Shown here piece after piece: positions 6,523 through 16,169 of a DNA stretch of 20,000 nucleotides; within the stretch, counting starts at the first letter, position 1, and the number at the start of each line of letters is the position of its first letter. The position numbers and the translations under genes are program-made. Under the pieces are notes generated by a model, which was given only the letters and a program-made list of their open reading frames with translations, ran no database searches and had not been told where the DNA came from. Origin of the DNA: Myxococcota bacterium (GTDB taxonomy: Bacteria; Myxococcota; Myxococcia; Myxococcales; Myxococcaceae); the NCBI GenBank assembly GCA_049322255.1, contig JBMORE010000167.1:44026-64025 (forward strand), written 5' to 3'.

Positions 6523-8301
6523 ATGAGCCAGGTCAGATCGTGGGTGTTGGTCATCGGATGGGTGTTCGGTTCCACCGCGGCAGCCGAGACGCTGACGTTT
6601 TCCACCTATTTGGGCGGAGCCGGCACGGACCAACTGCGAGACATCACGGTGGACGCCCAGGGAAACGTCTACCTCGCGGGAGGAACCCAGTCTTCGGACT
6701 TTCCTACCACCGCCGGTGCCTACTCGCGCGCTTCCAACGGCAGTTGGGATGCGTTCGTGGTCAAGCTCAGCCCCCAAGGAGCGCTCCTTTGGTCGACTTA
6801 CGTCGGCGGGCCCAATTACGACCGCGCTTACGCCATCGAGGTGGACTCCTCGGGTGCGATTCTCATCGCCGGGCGGGCGGGCAGCGGCTTTCCGACCACG
6901 GCGGGAGTGGTGCAGCCAAGCTTCGTGGGAGACCTGGCGGTCAACCCCGCCTATGGCCCGCAGGATGGGTTCGTCGCCAAGCTGAGCGCGGATGGCGCCA
7001 CCCTTCTTTGGGCGACCTATGTCGGAAACGACGACCGAAGCTTCATCCGCGACATCGATATAGACGCCTCCGGCCATGTCCTCGCTGTCCTGACCGACGT
7101 CTCTCGTCCCTTCCCGCACGTCACCGCGGGCTCCGCCATTCCCAACCTCCAGGGAGGCACGGACGGTGCGGTGGTGAAGCTCAGATCCGACGGGCAGCAG
7201 GTGCTTTGGGGCACATACCTCGGCGGCGCCGGAGACGAGGCAGGCGGGCCGTCTTTGCGTGTAGAACGGGTGACCGGGTCGGTCTACGTCGTCGGCAATA
7301 CGAGCTCGGCCAACTTCCCGACTCCGAACGGCTTCGACACGACCCTCGGCGGCGGAACCGATGCCTTTCTTGCCAAGCTCAGCGCCGACGGGGCGAGCTT
7401 GCTCTTCGCGACCTACCTGGGAGGTTCCGCTGCTGAAGGCACGGGGACTCACAACGTGGCCCTCGACCCCGCTGGGAATGTGGTGGTCGGCCACTGGAGC
7501 CAATCCACCGACCTCGCCATGACCGGCCACCGGAAGACGGCTCCAGCGGGCGTCAACAGCCTCCTGTGGAAGTTCTCCTCGGCGGGCCAGCTCCTCGCCA
7601 GCACCTACGTCGGTGGGAGCGGGGACGACGGTATCCAGGGAGTGGCCACCGACACGCAGGGAAACGTGGTGGTCTCCTTGGATGGAACCACCTCCCTGGA
7701 TCTACCGGTGACGGCGGGTGCCTTTCAGGCGACGAACGCGGGCGCTCCCGATGGCGCGCTCATCAAGCTTTCGCCGGACCTGGGCGAGTTGTTGTACGCC
7801 ACCTTCCTCGGGGGCAGGGGCTCCGACGGCAGCCGCAGCACGGTGGTGGACTCGAGCGACGGCTACTTCTTCGCCGGGTTCTCGTCTTCGGACGACTTTC
7901 CTTTGGCATCGCCCACCCAGTCTGTCCGCAAGGGGCAAGATGATCTCGTCATCGCTCGCTTCACGCTCTCCCCGCCGGGAGCCGATGCAGGGGTGACCGA
8001 TGCAGGTTCTTCGCCGGGCGACGGCGGCCCAGGCGACGCAGGACAGGCGGTTCAGGACGCGGGTGGGCCGCTCCTCCAAGACGCGGGGGCGACGGGGGCC
8101 GAGGATGCGGGCACCAGCGTGGGCGGCACCGAGTCTCCACCAGGAGAGAGAGCGGGCGCTGGGTGTGGCTGTGGCGCCGGTGGCCCGCTCGCGCTCCTGC
8201 AGCTTCTGTGGCTCTTGGCCGCCAAAGGCCTCATGACAAGGAGGCCGGTGCATTCGTCAGCCGGTCGGCGAGGGCTGCCGCATTGCGAATGCAGTCGTTG
8301 A
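6523..8301 (+). CDS. SBBP-repeat seven-bladed beta-propeller surface protein with MYXO-CTERM-like anchor, 592 aa
   Basis: Signal peptide, then seven repeats of the form xTYxGG...D..GN...DxFxxKLSxxG, a DAG-rich linker, and GCGCGAGG plus a hydrophobic stretch plus basic residues. GAGGTG SD upstream. Confidence 0.88.
   Translation: MSQVRSWVLVIGWVFGSTAAAETLTFSTYLGGAGTDQLRDITVDAQGNVYLAGGTQSSDFPTTAGAYSRASNGSWDAFVVKLSPQGALLWSTYVGGPNYDRAYAIEVDSSGAILIAGRAGSGFPTTAGVVQPSFVGDLAVNPAYGPQDGFVAKLSADGATLLWATYVGNDDRSFIRDIDIDASGHVLAVLTDVSRPFPHVTAGSAIPNLQGGTDGAVVKLRSDGQQVLWGTYLGGAGDEAGGPSLRVERVTGSVYVVGNTSSANFPTPNGFDTTLGGGTDAFLAKLSADGASLLFATYLGGSAAEGTGTHNVALDPAGNVVVGHWSQSTDLAMTGHRKTAPAGVNSLLWKFSSAGQLLASTYVGGSGDDGIQGVATDTQGNVVVSLDGTTSLDLPVTAGAFQATNAGAPDGALIKLSPDLGELLYATFLGGRGSDGSRSTVVDSSDGYFFAGFSSSDDFPLASPTQSVRKGQDDLVIARFTLSPPGADAGVTDAGSSPGDGGPGDAGQAVQDAGGPLLQDAGATGAEDAGTSVGGTESPPGERAGAGCGCGAGGPLALLQLLWLLAAKGLMTRRPVHSSAGRRGLPHCECSR
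7984..8112 (+). repeat. Low-complexity DAG/DGG peptide-repeat linker within the SBBP protein
   Basis: DAGVTDAGSSPGDGGPGDAGQAVQDAGGPLLQDAGATGAEDAG contains six DAG and one DGG. Confidence 0.8.
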
Positions 8302-9601
8302 CCCCCAAGCCGCGGTAGGCGTTGCCGGTGAGGGTGAGGCCGGGGTGGCTTGCCAGACGAGCGTCGATGCGCTCCAGCCGCGCGAGGTGTCCGACGTTGT
8401 ACTGGGGGATGCCGCGGGGCCAGCGCACCAACTCGCGGAAGAGGGGAGGGGCGGTGACGCCGAGCAGCTCGCGCAGCGCTCCACCGGCGGAGGCGAACAG
8501 CGCTTCGTCGTCGTCGTTCAGCACCTCGCCGCGCAGGGCTCCCCCGACCAGGCAAGTGAAGAGCTCGGCCTCCTCAGGGGCACGCCAGGGAAAGACGGCG
8601 CTGACGTAAATGGCGCCCACCACCGCTCGGCGCAGCGAGGCAGGCACGATGAAACCAAACCCTCGTGGCCGTCGCGCCAGCTCGGAGCGGCGAAAGCCCA
8701 AGTGCACCTCGGCGATGGCCGCGTACTCGATGCCCTCGAGCTCGGCGGCGAGCTCGGCGTCGAGCGGAAACAAGAGGTGTGCAGCGGCGAAGGCAGGCAC
8801 GGCGAGCACCACCTTGTCCGCCTCCAGCGTCGCCAGCGCGCCTGCTTCGCGTACCGACAGCCGCCAGCGCCCGCCCTCATACCCGAGCGCTTCCACCTGT
8901 GCCCCGGAGCGCACCGCGTCCCCCAACTGGCGCGCGATGGCAGCGGGGAGCGTCTCCATTCCGCCTTCGAAGCTGGCCATGGCTCCGGTGGAGGCCGCGT
9001 CGGGGGCGGCGCTGCCTTGCGTCTTGCGGGCCCGCAAGGCTCCCCACAGAAGGCTGCGGTGCGCGCGCTCGAGCTCGACGAGCGGAGGAAAGCTGGAGGC
9101 CGCGCTTAGCCGCTCGATGTCGCCGGCGAAGGTGCCGGTCTGCATCGCGTCGGTGAGCACCCCGGTGGCGGTACGGCCCAGATGGCGGCGGGAAAATTCG
9201 GCGAGCGATTCGTCCCCGCCGTCTCCCCGTCTGGAGAAGAGCTCCCCCAAAAGGCGGAGCTTGGCGGGCAGCGGCAATACCTTCGAGCGAAGCAAAGCGG
9301 GGGGCGACAACGGCACCTCGCGCAGCGCGCCGCGGGCGTAGACGAAGCGCTGCTTGGCTTCAGGAGCGGCCAGGCGCAGCTGGTTTTCCAGGCCCAGCGC
9401 GCGGACGAGCGTGCGGGTGGCCGGCTCGCGATCGACGAAGGCGTTGGGGCCCCACTCGGTGAGAAAACCATCGCGACAGGTGGTGCGCATGGCGCCGCCC
9501 ACCCGGGGTTGGCTTTCGAGCACGAGCACGCGCTTGCCGCGCTCATGAAGCGCGTGTGCGAGGGCCAAGCCCGAAATGCCGCCGCCGACGATGGCGATCA
9601 T
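8231..9601 (-). CDS. hemY: FAD-dependent protoporphyrinogen oxidase (HemY type; often annotated hemG), 456 aa
   Basis: MIAIVGGGISGL dinucleotide-binding motif, RVGG, EWGPNAF, GFGFIVP, RWPRGIPQYNVGH and GNAYRGLGVNDCI. Start placed at ATG 9601. Confidence 0.93.
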   Translation of the reverse strand: MIAIVGGGISGLALAHALHERGKRVLVLESQPRVGGAMRTTCRDGFLTEWGPNAFVDREPATRTLVRALGLENQLRLAAPEAKQRFVYARGALREVPLSPPALLRSKVLPLPAKLRLLGELFSRRGDGGDESLAEFSRRHLGRTATGVLTDAMQTGTFAGDIERLSAASSFPPLVELERAHRSLLWGALRARKTQGSAAPDAASTGAMASFEGGMETLPAAIARQLGDAVRSGAQVEALGYEGGRWRLSVREAGALATLEADKVVLAVPAFAAAHLLFPLDAELAAELEGIEYAAIAEVHLGFRRSELARRPRGFGFIVPASLRRAVVGAIYVSAVFPWRAPEEAELFTCLVGGALRGEVLNDDDEALFASAGGALRELLGVTAPPLFRELVRWPRGIPQYNVGHLARLERIDARLASHPGLTLTGNAYRGLGVNDCIRNAAALADRLTNAPASLS

Positions 9602-9675
9602 CCGCTGCGAATTAACACAGCTGTGCCCCGGCACCTTTGTCCATCGGCCGGCTCGTTCCTATTCTCCCCAAAGCG

Positions 9676-9933
9676 ATGTGGGAACGCCTCTCCATCCAGT
9701 CCGGCATGCGGGTGCGCTCGGCCGGGGGAAAGCGGCTGGGGCGGGTGTCTTCTTGCGGAGAACGACACTTTCTGGTCGTCGCCCCCTTTCGCCGCCGCCG
9801 CTTCTGCGTCGCCTACGAGGACGTGAAGAGCCTTTCGCGCGGAGAGGTGCGCCTGTCTCGCCAACGCTTCGCCGATGTCGGCGTGCTCGGGGCCGAGGGC
9901 CCGCTCACCTTCACCAAGCCCCTCAAGGGTTGA
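9676..9933 (+). CDS. Small PRC-barrel/DUF2171-like protein, 85 aa
   Basis: IQSGMRVRSAGGKRLGRV...HFLV...VAYEDV...GEVRL resembles the PRC-barrel pattern (GMxVxxxDGxxLGxV). TATTCT lies 10 nt upstream of ATG 9676. Confidence 0.65.
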   Translation: MWERLSIQSGMRVRSAGGKRLGRVSSCGERHFLVVAPFRRRRFCVAYEDVKSLSRGEVRLSRQRFADVGVLGAEGPLTFTKPLKG

Positions 9934-10513
9934 GCAGCTCACTCACCCAGCGCTCCCCTTTGCGGCGGTAGAGCGTGCGCTCGTGCAGGCGGTTGGGCCG
10001 CATCTTCCAGAATTCGATGCAATCGGGAGCCAGCCGAAAGCCCGACCAGTGTGGGGGGCGGGGCACCGGCTTGCCTTCGTACTGCTTCTCCAGCTCGGTG
10101 AAGCGGCGCTCCAGCTCGGCGCGCGAGGCCAGCGGGCGGCTTTGGTCGGAGGCCCACGCTCCCAGCTGCGAGGCTCGGGGGCGGGAGGCGAAGTAGGCGT
10201 CGGCCTCGGCATCGTCGACGACGGCGACGCTGCCCTCCACTCGCACCTGCATGTCCAGCTCGCGCCAGTGAAAGACCAGCGCCGCGAAGGGGTGGGCGGA
10301 AAGCTCGCGGCCCTTTCGTGATTCCAAGTTGGTGTAGAAGACGAAGCCCTGCGCGTCGAAGTCTTTGAGTAAGAGCACCCGCGCGGAAGGGCGCCCATCG
10401 TCGCCGACGGTGGCGAGCACCATGGCGTTGGGGTCGTGAGGCTGCGCCTCGAGGGCTTTGGCGTACAGCTCGGAGAAGAGGCGAAGCGGCTCGTCGACAG
10501 TCACGTTGCGCAT
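9923..10513 (-). CDS. pdxH: Pyridoxine/pyridoxamine 5'-phosphate oxidase, 196 aa
   Basis: PNAMVLATV, PSARVLLLK, GFVFYTNLESRKG, QVRVEG, YFASRPRASQLGAWASDQS, PRPPHWSG and EFW...RLHER. Confidence 0.96.
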   Translation of the reverse strand: MRNVTVDEPLRLFSELYAKALEAQPHDPNAMVLATVGDDGRPSARVLLLKDFDAQGFVFYTNLESRKGRELSAHPFAALVFHWRELDMQVRVEGSVAVVDDAEADAYFASRPRASQLGAWASDQSRPLASRAELERRFTELEKQYEGKPVPRPPHWSGFRLAPDCIEFWKMRPNRLHERTLYRRKGERWVSELLNP

Positions 10514-10515
10514 TC

Positions 10516-11913
10516 TTAGCGCCGGCGTGCAGCTCGCGCGAGGCCGACGGCGGCGAAGAGCGGCAGGGCGAGCCAACTACTTCCGCAGCCGCAGCCCACC
10601 GGCAAGGGCGAGGGACGCGGACAGCGCACCGTCACGTCGAGCGGCTGCGAAGCGCTCCCCGTCGGGCCGGTGGCGACGAGGTCGAGAGAGTGAAGGCCCG
10701 CCTGCTCCGGCGTGGGTGTCCACTGTACCGTGCCGGTCGAGGGGTCCACTTCGAGCCCTTCAGGCACGGAGCTACGCCCGCTGGCGACCACCGAGAAGCC
10801 GGTCGCGCGTTCGGTTTGAGGTGAATAGATGAAAACCTGTCCGCAGAGCCCTTCGGCCGGCGGGGTGGAAAGAAAGCGGGGCACACCAGCGCGCTCTGGG
10901 GGAGCGAGCGCGGTGACCGGCTCGGGGTCGGTGTAGCGGCGCGCCAAGAAATCGTCGACCCACCAGCCGGTGTCATCGGTACGGGTGCGGTGGAGCCCCA
11001 CCGTTCCGCGGGTCAGGTTTGCACCCACGTCGAAGGATCCACTGAACGGCGGGTTGATCTGCACCCCATTGCGGAAGATGCGCGTTCGGGTGCCGACGAT
11101 CGCCGAGCCGATACGTACCCACACCCCTGCCACCGGGACACCGGCATTGCTTAATATTTCACCGCTACCGCCGTCGAAACGCTCCCAGATACTCCAGCCG
11201 TCGGTGTTCTCGAGATTGGCTAGCACGAAGTAGTTGCCTGGTGTGGGCCCTGCCCGAATGAGGTGACCCACATCGATGCTCAGTGCCTCGAAATACCACC
11301 AGGAGTCCACGTACACGTCCGCCTCATCGAAGGGCGGCGCCACCCCCAGGTTCCTCGCGCCGGAGAAGCTGCTCAAGGGGTACGTCAACGAGCTGGCTCC
11401 GCGGTGAGCGCGGGTGGTGTCGATGGCGAAGAGGCCCGCCGGGGTGAGGGTCGTCCACCGGTCGAGGTTGCCTGCCTCGAAGTCGTCGAAGAAGAGGAAA
11501 ATCTGATGTGCGTCCGCCTTGGGCGAAGGCGGCGAGGGGTTGGCGTAATAGAGGTAGAAGTCGTCGGTCGAGCTGCCCGCGCCGAGCGCGTCGGCGTTCT
11601 TGAACCACAGGGTGGTGTCGTCGCGGTTCCAGGCGGAGCCGGTGTCGAGCACCCGGTCCAGCTCCAGCCAGCCGCTCCCCGTCCACCGCACCAATCGCAC
11701 GTCGTCGCCATCGGCACGCGCCTGGCCCGCAGCCACCAGGGCGGCGTGGTCGAGCACCACAGAAAGCGAGTAGCCCGCGGGTGCTCCTGCGCTCGCCTGC
11801 AGCGAGATTTTCTGGCGGGAGGAAAATCTCGTATCCCACCAAGCCCCCGGCGGTGCCTCGGCGCGCGCCGACAGACTGGCCAACACTCCAGCCCAAACGA
11901 GGAGGTGACGCAT
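10516..11913 (-). CDS. Exported DUF2341 + LamG/ConA-like + Ig (He_PIG/cadherin-like) protein with MYXO-CTERM, 465 aa
   Basis: Signal peptide (MRHLLVWAGVLASLSARA). WWDTRFSSRQKI...DGDDVRL...LWFK...YLYYANP...FFDDFE resembles DUF2341. PEGLEVDPSTGTVQWTPT is an Ig-type motif. The C-terminus is VGCGCGSSWLALPLFAAVGLARAARRR. Confidence 0.82.
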   Translation of the reverse strand: MRHLLVWAGVLASLSARAEAPPGAWWDTRFSSRQKISLQASAGAPAGYSLSVVLDHAALVAAGQARADGDDVRLVRWTGSGWLELDRVLDTGSAWNRDDTTLWFKNADALGAGSSTDDFYLYYANPSPPSPKADAHQIFLFFDDFEAGNLDRWTTLTPAGLFAIDTTRAHRGASSLTYPLSSFSGARNLGVAPPFDEADVYVDSWWYFEALSIDVGHLIRAGPTPGNYFVLANLENTDGWSIWERFDGGSGEILSNAGVPVAGVWVRIGSAIVGTRTRIFRNGVQINPPFSGSFDVGANLTRGTVGLHRTRTDDTGWWVDDFLARRYTDPEPVTALAPPERAGVPRFLSTPPAEGLCGQVFIYSPQTERATGFSVVASGRSSVPEGLEVDPSTGTVQWTPTPEQAGLHSLDLVATGPTGSASQPLDVTVRCPRPSPLPVGCGCGSSWLALPLFAAVGLARAARRR

Positions 11914-11951
11914 GCAGCACAGACTGTACTTCACGTGGCATGGTGGGCGTG

Positions 11952-13409
11952 ATGAAGCTGCTCTTTCTCGCCTCCGAGGTGGCGCCGTTCTCCAAGACCG
12001 GCGGGCTTGCCGACGTCTGCGCCGCCCTGCCCGCCGCGCTCGCCGCCCGCGGGCACCAGGTGACGGTGGTCACTCCGCTGTACGGCTCGGTAAAGGAGCC
12101 CTCGCTTCGTCCTGTGGGCGAGCCCTTCACCTTGCGCTTCCCCTTCGGTCCGGTGACTGGCTCTTTGCAGAAGACGCGGGTGGGCAAAAACCACGAGGTG
12201 CTGTTCATCGACCAGCGCGACTACTTCGGCGGTCGCGAGGGTTTGTACGGGGAGGGCGAGCGCGAGTACGGCGACAACCACCGCCGCTTCGCCTTCTTCG
12301 CCATGGCGGCGCTGAACGCCGCTCAGCAGCTCGAGCTTTCCCCCCAAATCTTGCACTTGAACGACTGGCAGACGGGCTTGGCGGCGGTGGCGCTGCGCAC
12401 GGGCTTTTCGGGCAGCCCGCTTCTGTCGGCCAAGAGCGTCTTCACCATTCACAACCTCGCCTATCAAGGTACCTTCCACAAGTCGGTGATGGACGAGCTG
12501 GGCCTTCCCTGGGAGCTGTTCACCGCCAACGGCGTGGAGTTCTACGACCAAGTGAGCTTCCTCAAGGCGGGGCTGGCCTTTGGCGACGCGCTCACCACGG
12601 TGTCGAAGAAATACGCGCAAGAGATTCTCACCCCCGAGGGCGGTCAGGGGCTCGACGGTTACTTGCGAGACCGGGCGAAGAGTCTCACCGGCATCCTCAA
12701 CGGAGTGGACTACGCCGAGTGGAACCCGGCCAAGGACCCGGCGACTCCCCAGGGCTTTTCCGCCAAGGACCTCTCGGGCAAGGCCACGTGCAAAAAAGAG
12801 CTGCTCTCGCGCTTCGGTCTTCCCCTGGACAAGGGTGAGAAAGGTTCCGCGCTGTTGGGAGTGGTGTCGCGGCTGGCGGTGCAAAAGGGCGTCGAGCTGT
12901 TGCTGGGCGCGCTGCCGTGGCTGCTCGAGCGCGACGTGAAGGTGGTCGTCTTGGGCAGCGGAGAGCCGTCCTTCGAGCAGGCGCTGCGAGAGCTCAAGGC
13001 CCGCTACCCGGCGCGGCTGGGAGTGAAGATTGGCTTCGACTCCGCGCTCGCCCACTTGGTGGAAGCGGGGAGTGACTTTTTCCTCATGCCGTCGCTCTTC
13101 GAGCCCTGCGGCCTCAACCAGATGTACTCGCTGCGCTACGGGGCAGTGCCGGTGGTGCGCGCCACCGGCGGGTTGGACGACACCGTGGTGGACCTTTCGC
13201 AACCCAAACCCACCGGCATCAAGTTCGTGGACTATTCGGTGCCCGCCTTCGTGGGAGCGCTGCGCCGCGCGCTCGAGCTGTACGCCGACACCAAGCGGCT
13301 CTTCGAGGTGCGAAGGCGAGGGATGGCGGTCGACTTCTCCTGGAGCCGCTCCGCCGCCGAGTACGAGGCGCTCTACCTGCGCCTGTTGGAAGGACAAGGG
13401 GCGGGGTAA
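11952..13409 (+). CDS. glgA: Glycogen synthase (ADP-glucose, GT5), 485 aa
   Basis: MKLLFLASEVAPFSKTGGLADV, HLNDWQTG, FTIHNLAYQG, GILNGVDY, SRLAVQKG, MPSLFEPCGLNQMYSLRYG and RATGGL. Confidence 0.97.
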   Translation: MKLLFLASEVAPFSKTGGLADVCAALPAALAARGHQVTVVTPLYGSVKEPSLRPVGEPFTLRFPFGPVTGSLQKTRVGKNHEVLFIDQRDYFGGREGLYGEGEREYGDNHRRFAFFAMAALNAAQQLELSPQILHLNDWQTGLAAVALRTGFSGSPLLSAKSVFTIHNLAYQGTFHKSVMDELGLPWELFTANGVEFYDQVSFLKAGLAFGDALTTVSKKYAQEILTPEGGQGLDGYLRDRAKSLTGILNGVDYAEWNPAKDPATPQGFSAKDLSGKATCKKELLSRFGLPLDKGEKGSALLGVVSRLAVQKGVELLLGALPWLLERDVKVVVLGSGEPSFEQALRELKARYPARLGVKIGFDSALAHLVEAGSDFFLMPSLFEPCGLNQMYSLRYGAVPVVRATGGLDDTVVDLSQPKPTGIKFVDYSVPAFVGALRRALELYADTKRLFEVRRRGMAVDFSWSRSAAEYEALYLRLLEGQGAG

Positions 13410-13423
13410 CCTTCCGGTCCACC

Positions 13424-14341
13424 TTGGCCCAAGAAACCGAGCTCGGAGGTTACGAAATCATCGGCCGTCTCGCGATGGGCGGCATGGCCGAGGTGTACCA
13501 GGCGCGGGCGCTGCCCACCACGCAGCGCTCACCGGGCGAACCCGACGACGTAGTGCTCAAGCGGCTCCTGCCCACCTTTCGCAACGACGGCGCCTACGTG
13601 AAGCAGTTCGTCGACGAGGCCAAGCTCACCGTGCGGCTGCGCCACCCCAACATCGTGCGCACCTTCCGCTGCTTCAAGGCGGGCATCGACTACCTCATGG
13701 TGCTCGAGCTGGTCTCGGGGCGAACGCTGGCGTACATGCAGGAGGCGTACATGAAGGCGAAAGTCCCGGTACCGCCTTCGGCCGCCACCTACATCGTCTT
13801 TTGCCTGCTCAATGCGCTCGACTACGTCCACCGGGCGAAGGTGGGGGACAACGGAGCGAACATCATTCACCGCGACGTCAACCCGGCCAATGTGCTCTTG
13901 GGCGTGAACGGCGATGTCAAGCTGACCGACTTCGGTGTGGCGGATGTGGAAGGAATGATGCGCGGCGAGGCAGGAGCGCTGCGAGGCACGGTGGCGTACA
14001 TGAGCCCCGAGCAGGTGCTCGGCCTGCCGGTGGACGTGCGCTCCGACCTCTTCTCGGCGGGGGTGATTCTGTGGGAGCTGTTCACCAACCAGCGCCTCTT
14101 CGCCGGCGACTCCGAGATGGAGATGATGCACAAGGTGCGCGCCTGCAAGGTGCCTGACGTCGGCGAATTGAACCCCCAGGTGCCTGACTACGGGGCGCGC
14201 ATCGTCCGCAAGGCGCTCCTCGCTGACAAGAGCTTGCGTTTTGCGAGCGCGGCCGACTTCGCCAAGGCCCTCGAGCTGCTCGCCCGACGAAACGGTTGGC
14301 CGCTCACCGTGGAGGCTCTCAAACCTCTGCTCGGAGGCTAA
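13424..14341 (+). CDS. Hanks-type Ser/Thr protein kinase (kinase domain only), 305 aa
   Basis: LAMGGMAEVY, VVLKR, FVDEA, HPNIV, HRDVNPANV, DFG, GTVAYMSPE and SDLFSAG. TTG start; no transmembrane or sensor domain. Confidence 0.93.
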   Translation: MAQETELGGYEIIGRLAMGGMAEVYQARALPTTQRSPGEPDDVVLKRLLPTFRNDGAYVKQFVDEAKLTVRLRHPNIVRTFRCFKAGIDYLMVLELVSGRTLAYMQEAYMKAKVPVPPSAATYIVFCLLNALDYVHRAKVGDNGANIIHRDVNPANVLLGVNGDVKLTDFGVADVEGMMRGEAGALRGTVAYMSPEQVLGLPVDVRSDLFSAGVILWELFTNQRLFAGDSEMEMMHKVRACKVPDVGELNPQVPDYGARIVRKALLADKSLRFASAADFAKALELLARRNGWPLTVEALKPLLGG

Positions 14342-14350
14342 CGCTCGAAG

Positions 14351-14815
14351 GTGGCTCGCCCAACGCTCCTGGTCATCCTCGCCCTCGGCGTCGCCGGGTG
14401 CCGTACCAGCCAGCACGCCGCCAAGGACCCGGTCCAGGTGGCGGTGCTCCAGCTTTCCTTTCCCGAGGCAGAGCGCGGGGAGATCGAGCTGTCGTTGGAC
14501 CTCGAGAATTCCGAGCCGCGCGCGGGAGCGGTGAGCGCGGTGTGGTGGGAGCTGTGGCTGGGCGGTCGCTTTTTCGCCGCCGGCACCCAAGGAGTGCAAC
14601 AGGTCCTCCCCCTGGGCGGGCACGCGCGATTGGAGTTGGCCCTGCCGGTGGTGTTTCGCCACGCGGCGCAAGACCCACAGACAACGGCTTTCGACGTGGG
14701 GGTGCGCGGCCGGGTGGCGGTGCATTTCGGAGGCGAGCTCGTCTTCTTGCCCTTTCACGCCGCCCGCCGGCTGGTGCTCGAGGGGGCGCCGGTGCTGGCG
14801 GTGGAGGAGGAGTGA
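14351..14815 (+). CDS. Lipoprotein, LEA_2/WHy-like beta-sandwich, 154 aa
   Basis: Lipobox LGVAG-C after a hydrophobic stretch. LSLDLEN...VWWELWLGGRFFAAG...LELALPV fits the LEA_2 pattern. Confidence 0.7.
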   Translation: MARPTLLVILALGVAGCRTSQHAAKDPVQVAVLQLSFPEAERGEIELSLDLENSEPRAGAVSAVWWELWLGGRFFAAGTQGVQQVLPLGGHARLELALPVVFRHAAQDPQTTAFDVGVRGRVAVHFGGELVFLPFHAARRLVLEGAPVLAVEEE

Positions 14816-14819
14816 CTTT

Positions 14820-16169
14820 TCAGGAGCTCCCCGGTGACGGCTCGACCGCTCCCAGGGGAAGGTCGGGCTTGCTCTGCCGTTCCTTGGCTGGAGTGCCCTT
14901 GGGCTTGAGCACGCGAATGCGGTCCAGCTTTGGGCCCACCTTGGTGTGCACGGTGAACTGCCAGCCGGCGAAGGAAAACCGCTCGCCCACCTCGGGAATG
15001 CTGCCGGCCAGCGAAGAGAGAAAGCCGCCCAACGTCTCGAACTCGCCCTCGGGCAGGGCCAGCCCGAACGCCCGAGCGAAGTCTTCGGTGGTGAGCGCGG
15101 CGTCGACGAGGAAGCTGCCGTCGGCCTGCTTTTCTATCTGCTTCACCTCTTCTTCGAACTCGTCGCCGATGTCGCCGACGATTTCCCGCAAGATGTCTTC
15201 CAAGGTGACGATGCCCATGAAGCCCCCGTACTCGTCGACCACCATCGCCATGTGAATCTTTTCCCGCTGCATCTCCCGGAGCAGGTCGCCGATCGGCTTG
15301 ACCCAGGGCACGAAGTGCGCCGGGCGAATGATGTCCGGCAGCACGATGAGCTCGGGGTGCTGCATCATCGGAATCAGGTCGCGCACGTGGAGAATGCCCA
15401 CCACGTGGTCCAGGTCGTCGCGGTACACCGGCATGCGCGAGTGGTTTTCCTCGGCGAGCACGCGCAAAATTTCTTCGGCCGGAGCGCCCGTCTCCACCGC
15501 TACCACCTCCGTGCGCGGCACCATCACGTCGCGGCAGGTCTTGTCCGACAGCTCGAAGATGGAGCGGATGAGCTGGGGTGCACCTTTGTCCACCGTGGCT
15601 TTGGCGGCCTGAGCGGCGAGCAGCTTCTCCAGCTCGTCGAGCGGCGGCGGAGGGGCTTCGAAGCGCACCCGGGTGCGAAAGGGGCGCAGCACGAGGTTGA
15701 GCGCGGCCACCATCAGGTGCATCAAGGGGTAGAAGGCGAACACCGCCGCCGACACCAACCCCGACAGGCGCAGCGCCCAGTGCTCGGGGTTGTTCGAGGC
15801 GCCCGCGCGCAGCGTCACGTCGACCATGCTGGCGAGCAGGCCCACGAAGACCGCGCTGGCCAGCGGGGTGAGGAAGGCGAACCAAGGCGCGTCGCCGAAG
15901 CGGGTGAAGTCGAGTAGGCGCGGAGGCACCAGGGTGCCGATGGCGGCGGCGAGAAAGCCGAAGAGCACCATGCCGAAGCGCAGCGCGGCGGCGGTGGCCT
16001 CGCGCTCGGTCTTGTGGCGCAAGACCCGGCGTCCGCGGCGGGGACTGTCGTCGGCGAGCTCTTTGGCGCGGTGGTCGCTCGTGCCGTAGAGGGCCGACTC
16101 GGAGGCGGCAAACAGCCCGCGCACCAGGAGCAGCCCCAAGCAGGCGGCCCACATGGCCCAAGTTGGCAT
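14820..16169 (-). CDS. HlyC/CorC family (CNNM + 2xCBS + CorC_HlyC) Mg2+/Co2+ transport-associated membrane protein, 449 aa
   Basis: N-terminal TM region with [56 protein letters not shown] and ETLGGF. Confidence 0.93.
   Translation of the reverse strand: MPTWAMWAACLGLLLVRGLFAASESALYGTSDHRAKELADDSPRRGRRVLRHKTEREATAAALRFGMVLFGFLAAAIGTLVPPRLLDFTRFGDAPWFAFLTPLASAVFVGLLASMVDVTLRAGASNNPEHWALRLSGLVSAAVFAFYPLMHLMVAALNLVLRPFRTRVRFEAPPPPLDELEKLLAAQAAKATVDKGAPQLIRSIFELSDKTCRDVMVPRTEVVAVETGAPAEEILRVLAEENHSRMPVYRDDLDHVVGILHVRDLIPMMQHPELIVLPDIIRPAHFVPWVKPIGDLLREMQREKIHMAMVVDEYGGFMGIVTLEDILREIVGDIGDEFEEEVKQIEKQADGSFLVDAALTTEDFARAFGLALPEGEFETLGGFLSSLAGSIPEVGERFSFAGWQFTVHTKVGPKLDRIRVLKPKGTPAKERQSKPDLPLGAVEPSPGSS

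Noticed and set aside
6595..7970. Recurrent DNA similarity (ACCTAC..GGCGG, GCCAAGCT.AGCGC.GA.GG) as a CRISPR array or DNA repeat
   Set aside because: Degenerate and in frame; explained by the SBBP protein repeats.
14820..16169. 'Hemolysin' as a virulence toxin
   Set aside because: The CNNM-CBS-CorC architecture indicates a divalent-cation homeostasis protein; the hemolysin label is a legacy annotation.
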